Part shown: one piece after another, positions 26,449 through 35,931 of the stretch
How the letters are laid out: each line of letters begins with the position of its first letter
How positions within the stretch are numbered: position 1 is the first letter of the stretch
Virus record (IMG/VR): IMGVR_UViG_3300031519_000087
Location: 1-35,931 of that record
Length of the DNA: 35,931 nucleotides
DNA from: a virus
Taxonomy: Duplodnaviria > Caudoviricetes
Strand: one strand, 5' to 3'
Made by a program: the position numbers and the translations under genes
The notes under the pieces: generated by a model
Told to the model about the DNA's origin: nothing
Databases searched by the model: none
What the model saw: only the letters and a program-made list of their open reading frames with translations

Positions 26449-28788
26449 ATGGCAAATTCATTTGTAAGATATACCGGAAACGGTTCAAACAGAGCTTACG
26501 CTATCAATTTTAGTTACAGAAGCACAGATGACCTATCTACATTAGTAGCTGGTAGTGCTGTTACTGCTTATGTACTAGATTCAGCAGGCACTACTCTTAC
26601 TTTTGATGTAGCACCGGCAAATGGTGCGGCTATTGAAATAAGGCGTACAACAAGTCAAACAGCCAAATTAGTTGACTATGTTTCAGGTGCAGTCTTAACT
26701 GAAAACGATTTAGACACAGATTCAGACCAAGCTTTCTATATGTCTCAAGAAGCTATTGATAAAGCTGGAGATGTAATTGTATTAGACCCAGCAGATTTTC
26801 AATGGGATGGACAATCAAAAAGATTAAAAAATATAGCTACACCTGTAGATAACACAGATGCAGTAAATAAAGCATACATTTCAACAAATATTCCAAACAT
26901 TACAACTGTAGCAGGCATAAGTGCTAATGTTACAGCAGTAGCAGGGAATGCTACAAACATCAATGCAGTAGCCGCAGATGCTACAGATATTGGTTTAGTA
27001 GCTACAAACATAGGTTCAGTTAATACAGTTGCCGCAGATATTACAAAAGTAATTGCAGTAGCTAACGATTTAGCAGAAGCAGTATCAGAAGTAGAAACTG
27101 TTGCAAACGATTTAAATGAAGCAACTTCAGAAATTGATACAGTTGCTACAAGTATAACTAATGTAGATGCAGTTGGAACTAATATAGCTAATGTAAATAC
27201 AGTAGCAGGTATATCAGCTAATGTAACTACAGTAGCCGGTGTTAATGCCAATGTAACTACAGTAGCAGGAATTTCTTCAGATGTAACAGCAGTTGCAGGT
27301 ATTAGTACAGATGTATCAGCAGTAGAAAATATTAAAGCTAATGTAACAACAGTAGCAGGCGTTGCTAGTGATGTAACTACAGTAGCAGGAATTAGTGCAG
27401 ATGTAGCCGCAGTAGAAAACATAGCGGCAAATGTTACAACAGTAGCAGGTATATCAGCTAATGTAACAAGTGTTGCAGGCATATCGTCAGAAATATCAGC
27501 AGTAAATGCTAATGCTACTAACATAAACACTGTAGCAGGCGCAAATACTAACATTACAAATGTTGGTGGAGCAATTACAAATATTAATACAGTTGCAACA
27601 AACCTAGCTTCAGTAAATAACTTTGCAGAACAATACAGAATTTCAAGTTCAGCACCTACAACTTCACTTACTATTGGTGATTTATATTTTGATACAACAG
27701 CTAACGAATTAAAAGTTTACAAATCAAGTGGTTGGGCGGCGGCAGGTTCTACAGTCAACGGAACTTCAGCAAGATATAATTATACAGCAACAGCAGGTCA
27801 AACAACATTTACTGGTTTAGACACTTTAGGAAACACACTTGCATATGATGCAGGGTTTGCTGATGTCTACCTAAATGGTGTTAGATTATCAGCTAGTGAC
27901 ATTACAATTACATCAGGAACTTCTGTAGTATTAGCTACAGGTGCAACTGTAGGTGATGTTTTAGACATAGTTGCATACGGAACATTTAATGTTGCGGCAG
28001 TAGATGGTTCAGCAATTAATTCAGGTACAATTAATGTAGCAAGATTACCTTCTACAGTTTTAAATTCTAATATTGATTTAACAAATTTAAGTGGAACAAA
28101 CATTACAAGTGGAACAGTAGCTAACGCAAGACTTACTGGTTCTGGTGCTATTACAATTAATGGTTCACCAGTATCACTAGGTGGAAGTGTTACAGTAGGA
28201 GAAACTAAACCAACAGTAAGTTCTATATCACCTGCAACAATTACAAATGCACAAGCTACAATTACAATTACAGGTGCTAACTTTACATCTATTCCACAAG
28301 TAGAATTTTTAAATCCATCTACAGGTATTTGGTATAACCCAACATCAGTAACTTTTAATAACTCTACATCTTTAACAGTAGTCATAACTTTAACAGTAGA
28401 TGCTCAATACAAAATTAGAATAGAAAATGGAGATGGTAATGCAGTATTAACTGGATTATTACTAACAGTTTCAGATGCACCTACATGGTCAACTGGTGCT
28501 TCTCTAGGTTCATTTGCAGGAGATTTCTCAGGAACACTTGCAACTTTATCAGCAAGTTCAGACAGTACAATCGCTTATAGTGAAACAACATCAGTATTAA
28601 GTGGTGCAGGTGTAACACTAAACACATCAACAGGAGTTTTAAGCACTACCGATTTCGGTGGAGCATCAACAACAGCAACAACATACACATTTACAATCAG
28701 AGCAACAGATGCAGAAAGTCAAACAGCAGACAGAACTTTTACAATCTCATCTAGCTTCGGTGCAACAGGTGGGGGACAATTTAACTAA
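26449..28788 (+). CDS. gp17: Tail fibre protein: T7 gp17-like N-terminal anchor, decapeptide-repeat stalk, C-terminal Ig-like domains
   Basis: IEIRRTT...LTENDLD...QE anchor, VTTVAGISAN repeats, PTVSSISP..TITITGANF (IPT/TIG-like) and YTFTIRATD (Ig/cadherin-like). Confidence 0.93.
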   Translation: MANSFVRYTGNGSNRAYAINFSYRSTDDLSTLVAGSAVTAYVLDSAGTTLTFDVAPANGAAIEIRRTTSQTAKLVDYVSGAVLTENDLDTDSDQAFYMSQEAIDKAGDVIVLDPADFQWDGQSKRLKNIATPVDNTDAVNKAYISTNIPNITTVAGISANVTAVAGNATNINAVAADATDIGLVATNIGSVNTVAADITKVIAVANDLAEAVSEVETVANDLNEATSEIDTVATSITNVDAVGTNIANVNTVAGISANVTTVAGVNANVTTVAGISSDVTAVAGISTDVSAVENIKANVTTVAGVASDVTTVAGISADVAAVENIAANVTTVAGISANVTSVAGISSEISAVNANATNINTVAGANTNITNVGGAITNINTVATNLASVNNFAEQYRISSSAPTTSLTIGDLYFDTTANELKVYKSSGWAAAGSTVNGTSARYNYTATAGQTTFTGLDTLGNTLAYDAGFADVYLNGVRLSASDITITSGTSVVLATGATVGDVLDIVAYGTFNVAAVDGSAINSGTINVARLPSTVLNSNIDLTNLSGTNITSGTVANARLTGSGAITINGSPVSLGGSVTVGETKPTVSSISPATITNAQATITITGANFTSIPQVEFLNPSTGIWYNPTSVTFNNSTSLTVVITLTVDAQYKIRIENGDGNAVLTGLLLTVSDAPTWSTGASLGSFAGDFSGTLATLSASSDSTIAYSETTSVLSGAGVTLNTSTGVLSTTDFGGASTTATTYTFTIRATDAESQTADRTFTISSSFGATGGGQFN
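26896..27615 (+). repeat. Imperfect 30-nt tandem coding repeats in the tail fibre
   Basis: Recurrent unit similar to AATGTAACTACAGTAGCAGGTATATCAGCT encoding (N/D)VTTVAGISA, briefly interrupted by near-heptad segments. Boundaries approximate. Confidence 0.9.
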
Positions 28789-30086
28789 TGGCTAGTACAT
28801 ATTTAACAAAAACATTTAGTAGTGAAGGCAATAGAAAAGTTTGGACTTTTTCAGCTTGGATTAAAAGAAGTGAATTAGGCACAAAAGAAATCTTTTGGTC
28901 TGGAAGTGCTTCAAATAATTATGCAAGAATAGGATTTGAGGGTAATGATTCAATTAAAATATTTGAAGTAAGAAGTGGTTCAACAAGTTGGGAAATAGAA
29001 ACAAATGCTAAATTTAGAGATACAAATGGTTGGTATCATTTAGTAATTACCTCTAATACATTAAGTGGTACTTCTTCTGAAAGAACTAAAATAATGGTTA
29101 ATAATGTTGAACAAACATTAAGTACAAATTCACAAATTCCACAAAATGACCAATCCACAATTAATGGTGGGTCACCACATAAAATAGGAAGTGGTTATAG
29201 TGCAGGTTTTTTTGATGGCTCAATGTCACATATACATTTTACAGATGGTACAGTTTATGCACCAACAGCATTTGGAGAATATGATGCTAATGGTGTTTGG
29301 AAAATTAAAACAGATGTATCAGTTACTTATGGAACTAATGGTTTCTTTATTTTAAAAGATGGTAATTCAGTTACAGACCAATCTGGTAATAGTAATAACT
29401 TTACAGTTGGTGGTGGTACATTAACTAATACTGAAGATTCTCCAAGCACTGTTTTTGCTACATTAGATGCCTTACAATATAAAACATCAGCTCTTACATA
29501 TAGTAATGGAAACACTACTGTTAGTTTTCCTGGTGCATGGATATTTGCTTTAAGTCAATGGGGAGTTTCCTCTGGTAAATGGTATTGGGAAGCTAAATGT
29601 AATTCTGGAAATAATGCAAATTCATTTTATGGAATATGTGCAGAGATGGTTCCAACAGGAAATGGTTTTTATAATAATAGTCAACATGGTGCTATCTTAT
29701 ATAAAGTTGGTAGTGGAGAAACTTTTATAGATGCAACTAGTAATTCTTCTGGTTATTCACCATCAATTGATAATACAGATATTGTTGGTCTAGCTTTAGA
29801 TTTAGATAGTGGAACTAAAACACTTAAAATTTATAAAAATGGAACTTTATTATCAAGTAATGGTACAATTAATTTATCATCTTATTATAATGATACACTT
29901 GTATTTCCTTGTTTTACTGGAAACTCATCAAGTGCTAGTTGCAGTTTTAATGTAAACTTCGGTAATGGTTACTTCGGAACAACAGCAGTATCTAGTGCAG
30001 GAACTAACGCAAGTGGAATAGGAATATTTGAATATGATGTACCAACAGGATATACTAGCCTCTCAACAAAAGGATTAAACTTATAA
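28788..30086 (+). CDS. Tail-associated protein with concanavalin A/LamG-like and SPRY-like domains
   Basis: WTFSAWIKRS, GWYHLVI, SSGKWYWE and IVGLALDLD motifs; TAATG coupling to the fibre gene. Confidence 0.8.
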   Translation: MASTYLTKTFSSEGNRKVWTFSAWIKRSELGTKEIFWSGSASNNYARIGFEGNDSIKIFEVRSGSTSWEIETNAKFRDTNGWYHLVITSNTLSGTSSERTKIMVNNVEQTLSTNSQIPQNDQSTINGGSPHKIGSGYSAGFFDGSMSHIHFTDGTVYAPTAFGEYDANGVWKIKTDVSVTYGTNGFFILKDGNSVTDQSGNSNNFTVGGGTLTNTEDSPSTVFATLDALQYKTSALTYSNGNTTVSFPGAWIFALSQWGVSSGKWYWEAKCNSGNNANSFYGICAEMVPTGNGFYNNSQHGAILYKVGSGETFIDATSNSSGYSPSIDNTDIVGLALDLDSGTKTLKIYKNGTLLSSNGTINLSSYYNDTLVFPCFTGNSSSASCSFNVNFGNGYFGTTAVSSAGTNASGIGIFEYDVPTGYTSLSTKGLNL

Positions 30087-31126
30087 TGGCATATACAACA
30101 ATTAATAAATCATCAGATTATTTTAATACTAAACTTTATACTGGTACAGGTTCAACAAGGTCTGTTACAGGAGTAGGTTTTAAACCAGATTTTACTTGGA
30201 TAAAAAATAGAGTTAAAGCAGATTCTAATCATTTTTTACTGGATATTGTTAGAGGTGCTACTAAATATTTACATTCTGATGCAGATAGTTCAGAAACTAC
30301 AAATCCTAATACTTTAACCTCTTTTGATTCTGATGGTTTTTCATTAGGTGATTTAGACAATGTAAATAGAAATAGTGATACTTTAGTAAGTTGGAATTGG
30401 TTGGCAGGTGGTAGTCAAGGTTCATCTAATACAGCAGGTTCTATAAATACTCTTTATACATCTGTTAATACAACAGCAAGATTTTCTATATCAAAGTATA
30501 GTGGTACAGGAGCAAATGCTACAGTAGGTCATGGATTAGGTGTAACACCAAAAGTAATTTTAGTTAAATGTCTTTCATCTACAGGAAACTGGAAAATGCA
30601 CCATACTACACAAGCACCTATTACCAGTTTAAATATGAATACTGGTTCTGCTCAAGTTAGTACAGCTAGTGTTTTTAATTCAATGGCTACTCTTAATTCA
30701 AGTGTATTTAGTGTAGGTACTGAAGGAGATACAAATTCATCAGGTTTAACTTATGTAGCCTATTGCTTCGCAGATGTTCAAGGCTACTCAAAATTTGGAA
30801 GCTACGTTGGTAATGGAAATGCTGATGGAACATTTGTTTATACAGGATTTAAACCTGCGTTTGTAATGGTTAAAAATTCAGGTACTACAGATTGGTGGCA
30901 TATGTACGATAATAAAAGAGATATTGATAATTTAGTACATCATAAATTATGGGCAAATGAAAGTGTTGTAGAAAGTGCCGATACAAATAACTCTATGGAT
31001 TTTTTAAGTAATGGATTTAAAATGAGAGATACTAATACTGGAAATAATCAATCTGGTGGAACATACATTTACATGGCATTTGCCGAAGAACCTTTAGTCG
31101 GAGATAACCCAGCAACAGCGAGATAG
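30086..31126 (+). CDS. Putative tail-associated protein with three internal repeats
   Basis: Repeat pattern Y.G.G...G..P..V..K (GFKPDFTWIK, GVTPKVILVK, GFKPAFVMVK); TAATG coupling. Confidence 0.75.
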   Translation: MAYTTINKSSDYFNTKLYTGTGSTRSVTGVGFKPDFTWIKNRVKADSNHFLLDIVRGATKYLHSDADSSETTNPNTLTSFDSDGFSLGDLDNVNRNSDTLVSWNWLAGGSQGSSNTAGSINTLYTSVNTTARFSISKYSGTGANATVGHGLGVTPKVILVKCLSSTGNWKMHHTTQAPITSLNMNTGSAQVSTASVFNSMATLNSSVFSVGTEGDTNSSGLTYVAYCFADVQGYSKFGSYVGNGNADGTFVYTGFKPAFVMVKNSGTTDWWHMYDNKRDIDNLVHHKLWANESVVESADTNNSMDFLSNGFKMRDTNTGNNQSGGTYIYMAFAEEPLVGDNPATAR

Positions 31127-31138
31127 GAAAATAAAATT

Positions 31139-32497
31139 ATGACAAAAGCAAGAGACTTAGCAAACTTACTAGACGCAAACGGAGATGTAAAATCAGCTAG
31201 TTTAGATAATGTACCTGCAAGTAATGATGCAAGTGCTTTAACTACAGGTACAATACCAAATGCTAGAATTTCTTTAGATGCTAATGAGATACCAAATTTA
31301 GATACAGCAAAAATTACTACAGGTACTTTAGCTTCAGCTAGAATTGATAATACTTCTTTAGCTAATGTTACTGCTTTACCTTTTAGTGCAGGAACAGATT
31401 GGCAATCAACTATTGTAACAGCATCAACTTTAACAGCAGTATCTGGAAAAGGTTATTGGATTAATACAACATCTAATGCTTGTACTATTACATTACCTAG
31501 TTCAGCTAGTGTTGGTGACTTTATAGAATTTTCAGATTATACAAGAACATGGGGAACTAACTCAATTACAATAAATCAAAACAGTTTAAATTTTCAAGGT
31601 TATTCATCTCCTAATCCAGAATATGGTACATCTGGTCAATCAGTTAGAATAGTTTATTCAGGTGCAACACAAGGTTGGATACCAACTGTTGATGATGATG
31701 TTACTAATGAAACAGCACAACCATATGCAATAGATTTTTTAGTTGTAGCAGGTGGTGGTTCAGGTGGTGGTTCAGTTTCTGGTACAGGTTCTGGTGGAGG
31801 CGGTGCAGGTGGATATAGAACATCGACTGAAACTGTTACAGCAGGTACAATTACCATAGTTGTTGGAACTGGTGCTCCAGTAACATCAACTGGTCAAAAT
31901 CCAGGTACAAATGGTACTAATTCTTCAATAGCAGGTGGTGGAATAACATCAATAACTTCTGCAGGTGGAGGTGGTGGAGCAGGTGCAAAAAATAGTGGTG
32001 GCGGAGATACTGGTTTAAATGGAGGTTCAGGCGGAGGTGCAGGTGGTAGTGCTAGTGCAAGTACAGGACAACAAGGTGGTGCATCTTCTCCAGTAACAAA
32101 TCCAGTTCAAGGTTATGCAGGTGGAGCTGTGACATCTGCTAGTGGATATGGTGCCGCTGGTGGTGGTTCTAGTGCCCCAGGTGCTAATGGTGGTGGAGGA
32201 GCTGGTGGTGGTGGAGGTGCAGGTACTGTAAATTCAATTACTGGTTCTTCAGAAACTTATGCAGTTGGAGGAAATGCAGGTAATTATCAACCTGGCTTAA
32301 GTCCTACAACTAAAGGAAGTGGTGGTTTTGGTGCAGGTCAAGCATATGGAGGTGGTGCTGGTGCAGATGGTACTGTTATTTTAAGTATGCCAGATGCAAG
32401 TTATTCAGGAACAGTATCAGGTAGTCCAACAGTTGCTACTGGAGTTTCAGGTAAAACAATTTTAACATTTACAGGTTCAGGGAGTTATTCAATATAA
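31139..32497 (+). CDS. Glycine-rich tail-fibre-like protein
   Basis: MTKARDLANLL N-terminus, TTGT..ARI repeats, ITLPSSASVGD, then a VVAGGGSGG...GGGGAGG glycine-rich domain ending ILTFTGSGSY. Confidence 0.8.
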   Translation: MTKARDLANLLDANGDVKSASLDNVPASNDASALTTGTIPNARISLDANEIPNLDTAKITTGTLASARIDNTSLANVTALPFSAGTDWQSTIVTASTLTAVSGKGYWINTTSNACTITLPSSASVGDFIEFSDYTRTWGTNSITINQNSLNFQGYSSPNPEYGTSGQSVRIVYSGATQGWIPTVDDDVTNETAQPYAIDFLVVAGGGSGGGSVSGTGSGGGGAGGYRTSTETVTAGTITIVVGTGAPVTSTGQNPGTNGTNSSIAGGGITSITSAGGGGGAGAKNSGGGDTGLNGGSGGGAGGSASASTGQQGGASSPVTNPVQGYAGGAVTSASGYGAAGGGSSAPGANGGGGAGGGGGAGTVNSITGSSETYAVGGNAGNYQPGLSPTTKGSGGFGAGQAYGGGAGADGTVILSMPDASYSGTVSGSPTVATGVSGKTILTFTGSGSYSI

Positions 32498-32895
32498 TGG
32501 CTAGTTTTGCAAAAATAGGATTAAACAATAAAATAATAGAAATATTATCTGTTCACGACAATGTATTATTAGATTCTAATGGTACATCACATGAAAGTTT
32601 AGGTATTTCTTTTTTAACAAATTTAACAGGTTGGGCAATTTGGAAACAAAGTTTTACAGATGGTACAAGAAAAAATTCAGCAGCAATAGGTTATATATAT
32701 GATGAAGATAGAGATGCTTTCATACTTAAAAAACCTTACGCATCATGGATATTAAACGAAACAACTTGTATATGGGAAGCACCTAGTACTTATCCAAATA
32801 CACAAACACAAAATTTAACAGACCAAGAAGATAATCCAATAAATGATAGATATGAATGGAATGAATCAACAACAACTTGGGATTTAATTGAATAA
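32497..32895 (+). CDS. Hypothetical protein, possible fibre partner or assembly chaperone
   Basis: MASFAK...RKN.A.IG..YDEDRDAFI...PY.SW.L....WEAP; coupled to the glycine-rich gene. Function inferred from context. Confidence 0.7.
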   Translation: MASFAKIGLNNKIIEILSVHDNVLLDSNGTSHESLGISFLTNLTGWAIWKQSFTDGTRKNSAAIGYIYDEDRDAFILKKPYASWILNETTCIWEAPSTYPNTQTQNLTDQEDNPINDRYEWNESTTTWDLIE

Positions 32896-33137
32896 TGGCT
32901 AAAAAGAAACTTAACCAAGTACAGATGTATGCAGAGCAAACAACTGGGGTAAGACTTTCAAGCCATGAGAAACTTTGTGCTGAACGAATGGAACATTTAA
33001 TGATAGCAATAAAAGAATTAAAAACTGAAGTTAAATCTTTAAGACAAGATGTACTAAAAGGTAAAGGAGCAATAAGCGTAATAATAGGGTTAGGAGCAAT
33101 TATAGCTACTATTATAGGCTGGATGGAATTAAAATAA
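32895..33137 (+). CDS. Small coiled-coil protein with C-terminal transmembrane helix (possibly lysis-related)
   Basis: HEKLCAER, a heptad segment, then AISVIIGLGAIIATIIGW. Confidence 0.75.
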   Translation: MAKKKLNQVQMYAEQTTGVRLSSHEKLCAERMEHLMIAIKELKTEVKSLRQDVLKGKGAISVIIGLGAIIATIIGWMELK

Positions 33138-33514
33138 TGTGGTTAACAGGAATTAAATTAGCAATGCAGGCAGGAAGCCACATTTACAAAAAGAAACAAC
33201 AAACTAAAATGTTAATGGCTGATGCTCAAATGAAACATGCTGAGAAAATGTCAACTGGACAATTAGAATATTCTGGTAAAGCTTTAGAAGCTAGACAATC
33301 AGATTGGAAAGACGAATTTATTTTAATTTTATTAAGCATGCCACTTTTATTGCTAGGCTGGGCGGCATTTAGTGACGACCCTAACGCAATGGTTCGTATG
33401 CAACTCTTTTTTGAATATTTTTCACAATTACCATTTTGGTATCAAACTATTTTTGTAGGTGTAATAGCTTCTGTTTATGGCTTAAAAGCAACTGATTTAA
33501 TTAAAAGGAAATAA
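33137..33514 (+). CDS. Putative holin (3TM GTA-holin-like)
   Basis: SDWKDEFILILLSMP and LPFWYQTIFVGVIASVYGLK hydrophobic segments with a basic C-terminus. Confidence 0.7.
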   Translation: MWLTGIKLAMQAGSHIYKKKQQTKMLMADAQMKHAEKMSTGQLEYSGKALEARQSDWKDEFILILLSMPLLLLGWAAFSDDPNAMVRMQLFFEYFSQLPFWYQTIFVGVIASVYGLKATDLIKRK

Positions 33515-33515
33515 C

Positions 33516-34139
33516 ATGAAAAGATTAATAGTCTTAATAATTTTATTTAGTAGTTTGTATATAGCAAGTTTTGTATATGCAGATTCTACACAAACAAATA
33601 CATCAGGCTCAAACACAGCTATAGAAGGTGGTTATACATCCACTTCAACAACAAATTTTGCAGATGGTAGCTCCTCAAATACTACAGCAACAACAACAAA
33701 CTCAAGCACTTCTAATATAAAATCAGCGCCTTTCACTGCGTCTGCACCCTCAATGAATACTTCTAACAACTGCGCTCTTTCTTTAAGCGCTGGCGTACAG
33801 AATTTTAGCATTGGTGCAAGTGTTGGTCGTTCTTACCAAGATGCAACTTGTGAATTAATTGCTTTATCTACTGCTTTAAGTAGAGTAGGTATGAAAGTAG
33901 CAAGCATTGCATTGTTATGTCAAGATGAAAGAGTTTGGCAAGCTTTTATTTCTGCTGGAACTCCTTGCCCTACAGATGGTGCTATTGGAAAAGAAAGTAT
34001 GAAATTAATTGCTAATAAATATGATTATAAAATGCCTACTTATAAAAAATGGGTAGAGTTAGAAAAAAAAGAAGCTAAAGAACAAGCTAAACTAGATAAG
34101 AAAAAGATTAAAATAGAAAAATTAAAACCTATAAAATGA
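33516..34139 (+). CDS. Exported Cys-containing hypothetical protein
   Basis: Signal-peptide-like N-terminus (MKRLIVLIILF...VYA), Ser/Thr-rich linker, four Cys (NNC, ATC, LLCQD, TPCP) and a Lys-rich tail; AAGGA RBS. Confidence 0.85.
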   Translation: MKRLIVLIILFSSLYIASFVYADSTQTNTSGSNTAIEGGYTSTSTTNFADGSSSNTTATTTNSSTSNIKSAPFTASAPSMNTSNNCALSLSAGVQNFSIGASVGRSYQDATCELIALSTALSRVGMKVASIALLCQDERVWQAFISAGTPCPTDGAIGKESMKLIANKYDYKMPTYKKWVELEKKEAKEQAKLDKKKIKIEKLKPIK

Positions 34140-34318
34140 GAAGAAAAGACAATACAATCTTAATAGGAATATTAGGAACTGTATTATTAGGACTTTCAAC
34201 ATGGGTACTTATTACTTTAATAGAATTACAAACTTTAGTATACATGATACAACAAGAATTAATGGGATTTGAAAAAGTTATTGGGAGAATATATTATCAT
34301 ATGGATAAAATAAAATGA
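34136..34318 (+). CDS. Small membrane protein
   Basis: 60 aa; basic N-terminus plus one hydrophobic helix; ATGA overlap. Confidence 0.75.
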   Translation: MRRKDNTILIGILGTVLLGLSTWVLITLIELQTLVYMIQQELMGFEKVIGRIYYHMDKIK

Positions 34319-34527
34319 GTTTTATGTTAACAATGGTATTATGCAGTCAATTAGAAATGACTTGTATGCAACCTGTAACTAATGATAGAAAATACAGTAG
34401 TTTTAAAAATTGTATGTTAACTGGTTATAAAGCTTCAGCTATTCTTTTAGACACTATTCATCAAAATGATGTTAATAATAAACAAATATATGTTAACTTT
34501 ACTTGCACAGAAGGGAAAAGTATTTAA
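34315..34527 (+). CDS. Small four-Cys hypothetical protein
   Basis: 70 aa with four Cys; ATGA and TAATG coupling to its neighbours. Confidence 0.75.
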   Translation: MSFMLTMVLCSQLEMTCMQPVTNDRKYSSFKNCMLTGYKASAILLDTIHQNDVNNKQIYVNFTCTEGKSI

Positions 34528-35858
34528 TGAAATTAATATTAGTATTAGGTGCATTGCTGTGGCTTTTATTATCATGGTTTTCTAATTCTGTAGGTTTAAA
34601 AGCAGAAGAAATAACAACAGATAATTTAATTAGCCAAGATTTTACAGATGGCTCATGGAATAATCCTGTTAATAGTTGGCACTCATCAAACGATTTAGCT
34701 GGTTGGAATGGTATGGAACATACAACAGAAGTTACTCACACTCCAGAAACAGACGCATTAAAAGAAAATGGTTTTAATATGACAGCCGGTGGAGAAATAT
34801 TTCATTGGTACAATGGACAAAAAGTTCATGTGACACAATCAGTAACATTAGATAATGGAACTGTATTTGAACAAACTAAAACTTATGAAGCATCAAGAGG
34901 TACAGTACATGATGTAGCAAATACTATTGTTGTTAATTCTAACACAAGTGCTTCTTATGATTTAGGTATGGGAATCTTATTTGAAGATAATAGAGGTTTA
35001 GATGGACACAGGTCTGCTGATTTTCGTGACCCATACATAACATTAACTTATGATGATACAATATTTCAATTAGAAACTCCTATTGAAGAAATAAAACTTG
35101 TTGTTGCACCTGTTTTTGAGTTTAAAGAAGAAATTATAGTAGCAACACCTATGCCAGAAATGGCTATTATTACTAATGACCCCGTTGTAGAAGAAATAAA
35201 AGACGAAAAACCTGAGATAGTTGAAACTTTTGTTGAGGAGATTTATAATGAAGAACCTAAAAAAGAAGTTAAAGCTGAAGCTGAGTTTGTGGAAGAGGTC
35301 ATTGAAACAAAGACTGAATCGGCATCTGACACTATTAGACAAGAATTTACAGAAGTTACAAAAGAAGTAACTAAAGAAGAGCCTAAAGAAGTTGCTCAAA
35401 AAGAAACTAAAAAAGAAATTAAAAAAGAGGAGAAAACTGATGTATCAAAAGAAGAAAAAGCCCCAGTCAAACAAGAAGCCAAGCAAGAAACCTTACAAGC
35501 CGAAAAAGAAATAAAAACAGAAACTAAGACAAAAGTTTTAACTGCAAAGTTAGACAGTGTTGATGTTAATGTTAAAGATGTTTCTAAGAATCTTGAACTT
35601 AAAAATTTAATTAAACTTGATGCTATGCTTAAAGATGAAATGTCTTTAGACACATACACAAGTGTTGCTTTTTATAAGCCACTAAATATTTATAGTAATC
35701 AAGATTTAATGAAAGATACTAGGTTGTTATATTCAGATAATACTTTAGATGTTTATATTCAAAATGACCCAGTGGTTGTTAAACAAAAAAACTTAAGTAG
35801 AATTAAGTATGAAAAAAGAAAACTAATGTTACAAATACAGGACTTAAAAAATGGATAG
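34527..35858 (+). CDS. Large exported protein with a beta-rich N-terminal domain and a Glu/Lys-rich spacer
   Basis: In-frame ATG 34527 (TAATG coupling) gives signal-like MKLILVLGALLWLLLSW...LKA; long low-complexity E/K tract; helical C-terminus. Confidence 0.85.
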   Translation: MKLILVLGALLWLLLSWFSNSVGLKAEEITTDNLISQDFTDGSWNNPVNSWHSSNDLAGWNGMEHTTEVTHTPETDALKENGFNMTAGGEIFHWYNGQKVHVTQSVTLDNGTVFEQTKTYEASRGTVHDVANTIVVNSNTSASYDLGMGILFEDNRGLDGHRSADFRDPYITLTYDDTIFQLETPIEEIKLVVAPVFEFKEEIIVATPMPEMAIITNDPVVEEIKDEKPEIVETFVEEIYNEEPKKEVKAEAEFVEEVIETKTESASDTIRQEFTEVTKEVTKEEPKEVAQKETKKEIKKEEKTDVSKEEKAPVKQEAKQETLQAEKEIKTETKTKVLTAKLDSVDVNVKDVSKNLELKNLIKLDAMLKDEMSLDTYTSVAFYKPLNIYSNQDLMKDTRLLYSDNTLDVYIQNDPVVVKQKNLSRIKYEKRKLMLQIQDLKNG

Positions 35859-35931
35859 AAAAATAATGAAAACTCAATTGTTACATGTATGGAATGACCA
35901 TAAATGGGTATACGGTGTAGTAGCAATTCTT
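35851..35931 (+). CDS. Partial ORF truncated by the window end (MDRKIMKTQLLHVWNDHKWVYGVVAIL...), probably a membrane protein
   Basis: AGGA upstream, overlaps the previous stop, open to the window end, with a hydrophobic stretch beginning. Confidence 0.6.
   Translation, partial: MDRKIMKTQLLHVWNDHKWVYGVVAIL

Noticed and set aside
26896-27615. CRISPR array or diversity-generating retroelement
   Set aside because: The repeats are degenerate, in-frame and coding, with no unique spacers. No cas or reverse transcriptase gene is present, and I saw no adenine-specific template/variable repeat pair.
2264-35659. Numerous minus-strand ORFs in the track (e.g. 6885-7286, 15566-15955, 23798-24304, 26799-27554, 27867-28385)
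   Set aside because: They lie antisense to well-supported + strand genes, have no recognisable motifs, and are explained by codon bias or repeats on the coding strand.

Overview
This is a 35.9 kb, AT-rich, densely coding segment of a T7-like podophage (Autographiviridae), with every credible gene on the + strand. Gene order is RNA polymerase, SSB, endonuclease I, amidase, primase/helicase, DNA polymerase, exonuclease, class Ia ribonucleotide reductase (nrdA/nrdB), portal, scaffold, major capsid, tail tubular A/B, internal virion proteins, a modular tail-fibre/adhesin region, and a cluster of membrane and exported proteins. Gene content and low GC resemble HTVC019P-type SAR11 (Pelagibacter) phages; this is inference, as no search was run. 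No terminase or integrase is visible in the window. Notable points read from the sequence: (1) an identical 16-nt putative phage promoter sits on both sides of the RNAP gene; (2) the T7-lysozyme homolog has Phe and Ser at the catalytic Tyr46 and Lys128 positions, and I recognise no other peptidoglycan hydrolase; (3) five hairpins and an unannotated 37-aa basic ORF lie between scaffold and capsid; (4) three unannotated coupled small ORFs fill the nrdA-nrdB gap; (5) an internal gp4B-like start; (6) a late cassette of signal-peptide, Cys-containing and transmembrane proteins of unknown function.
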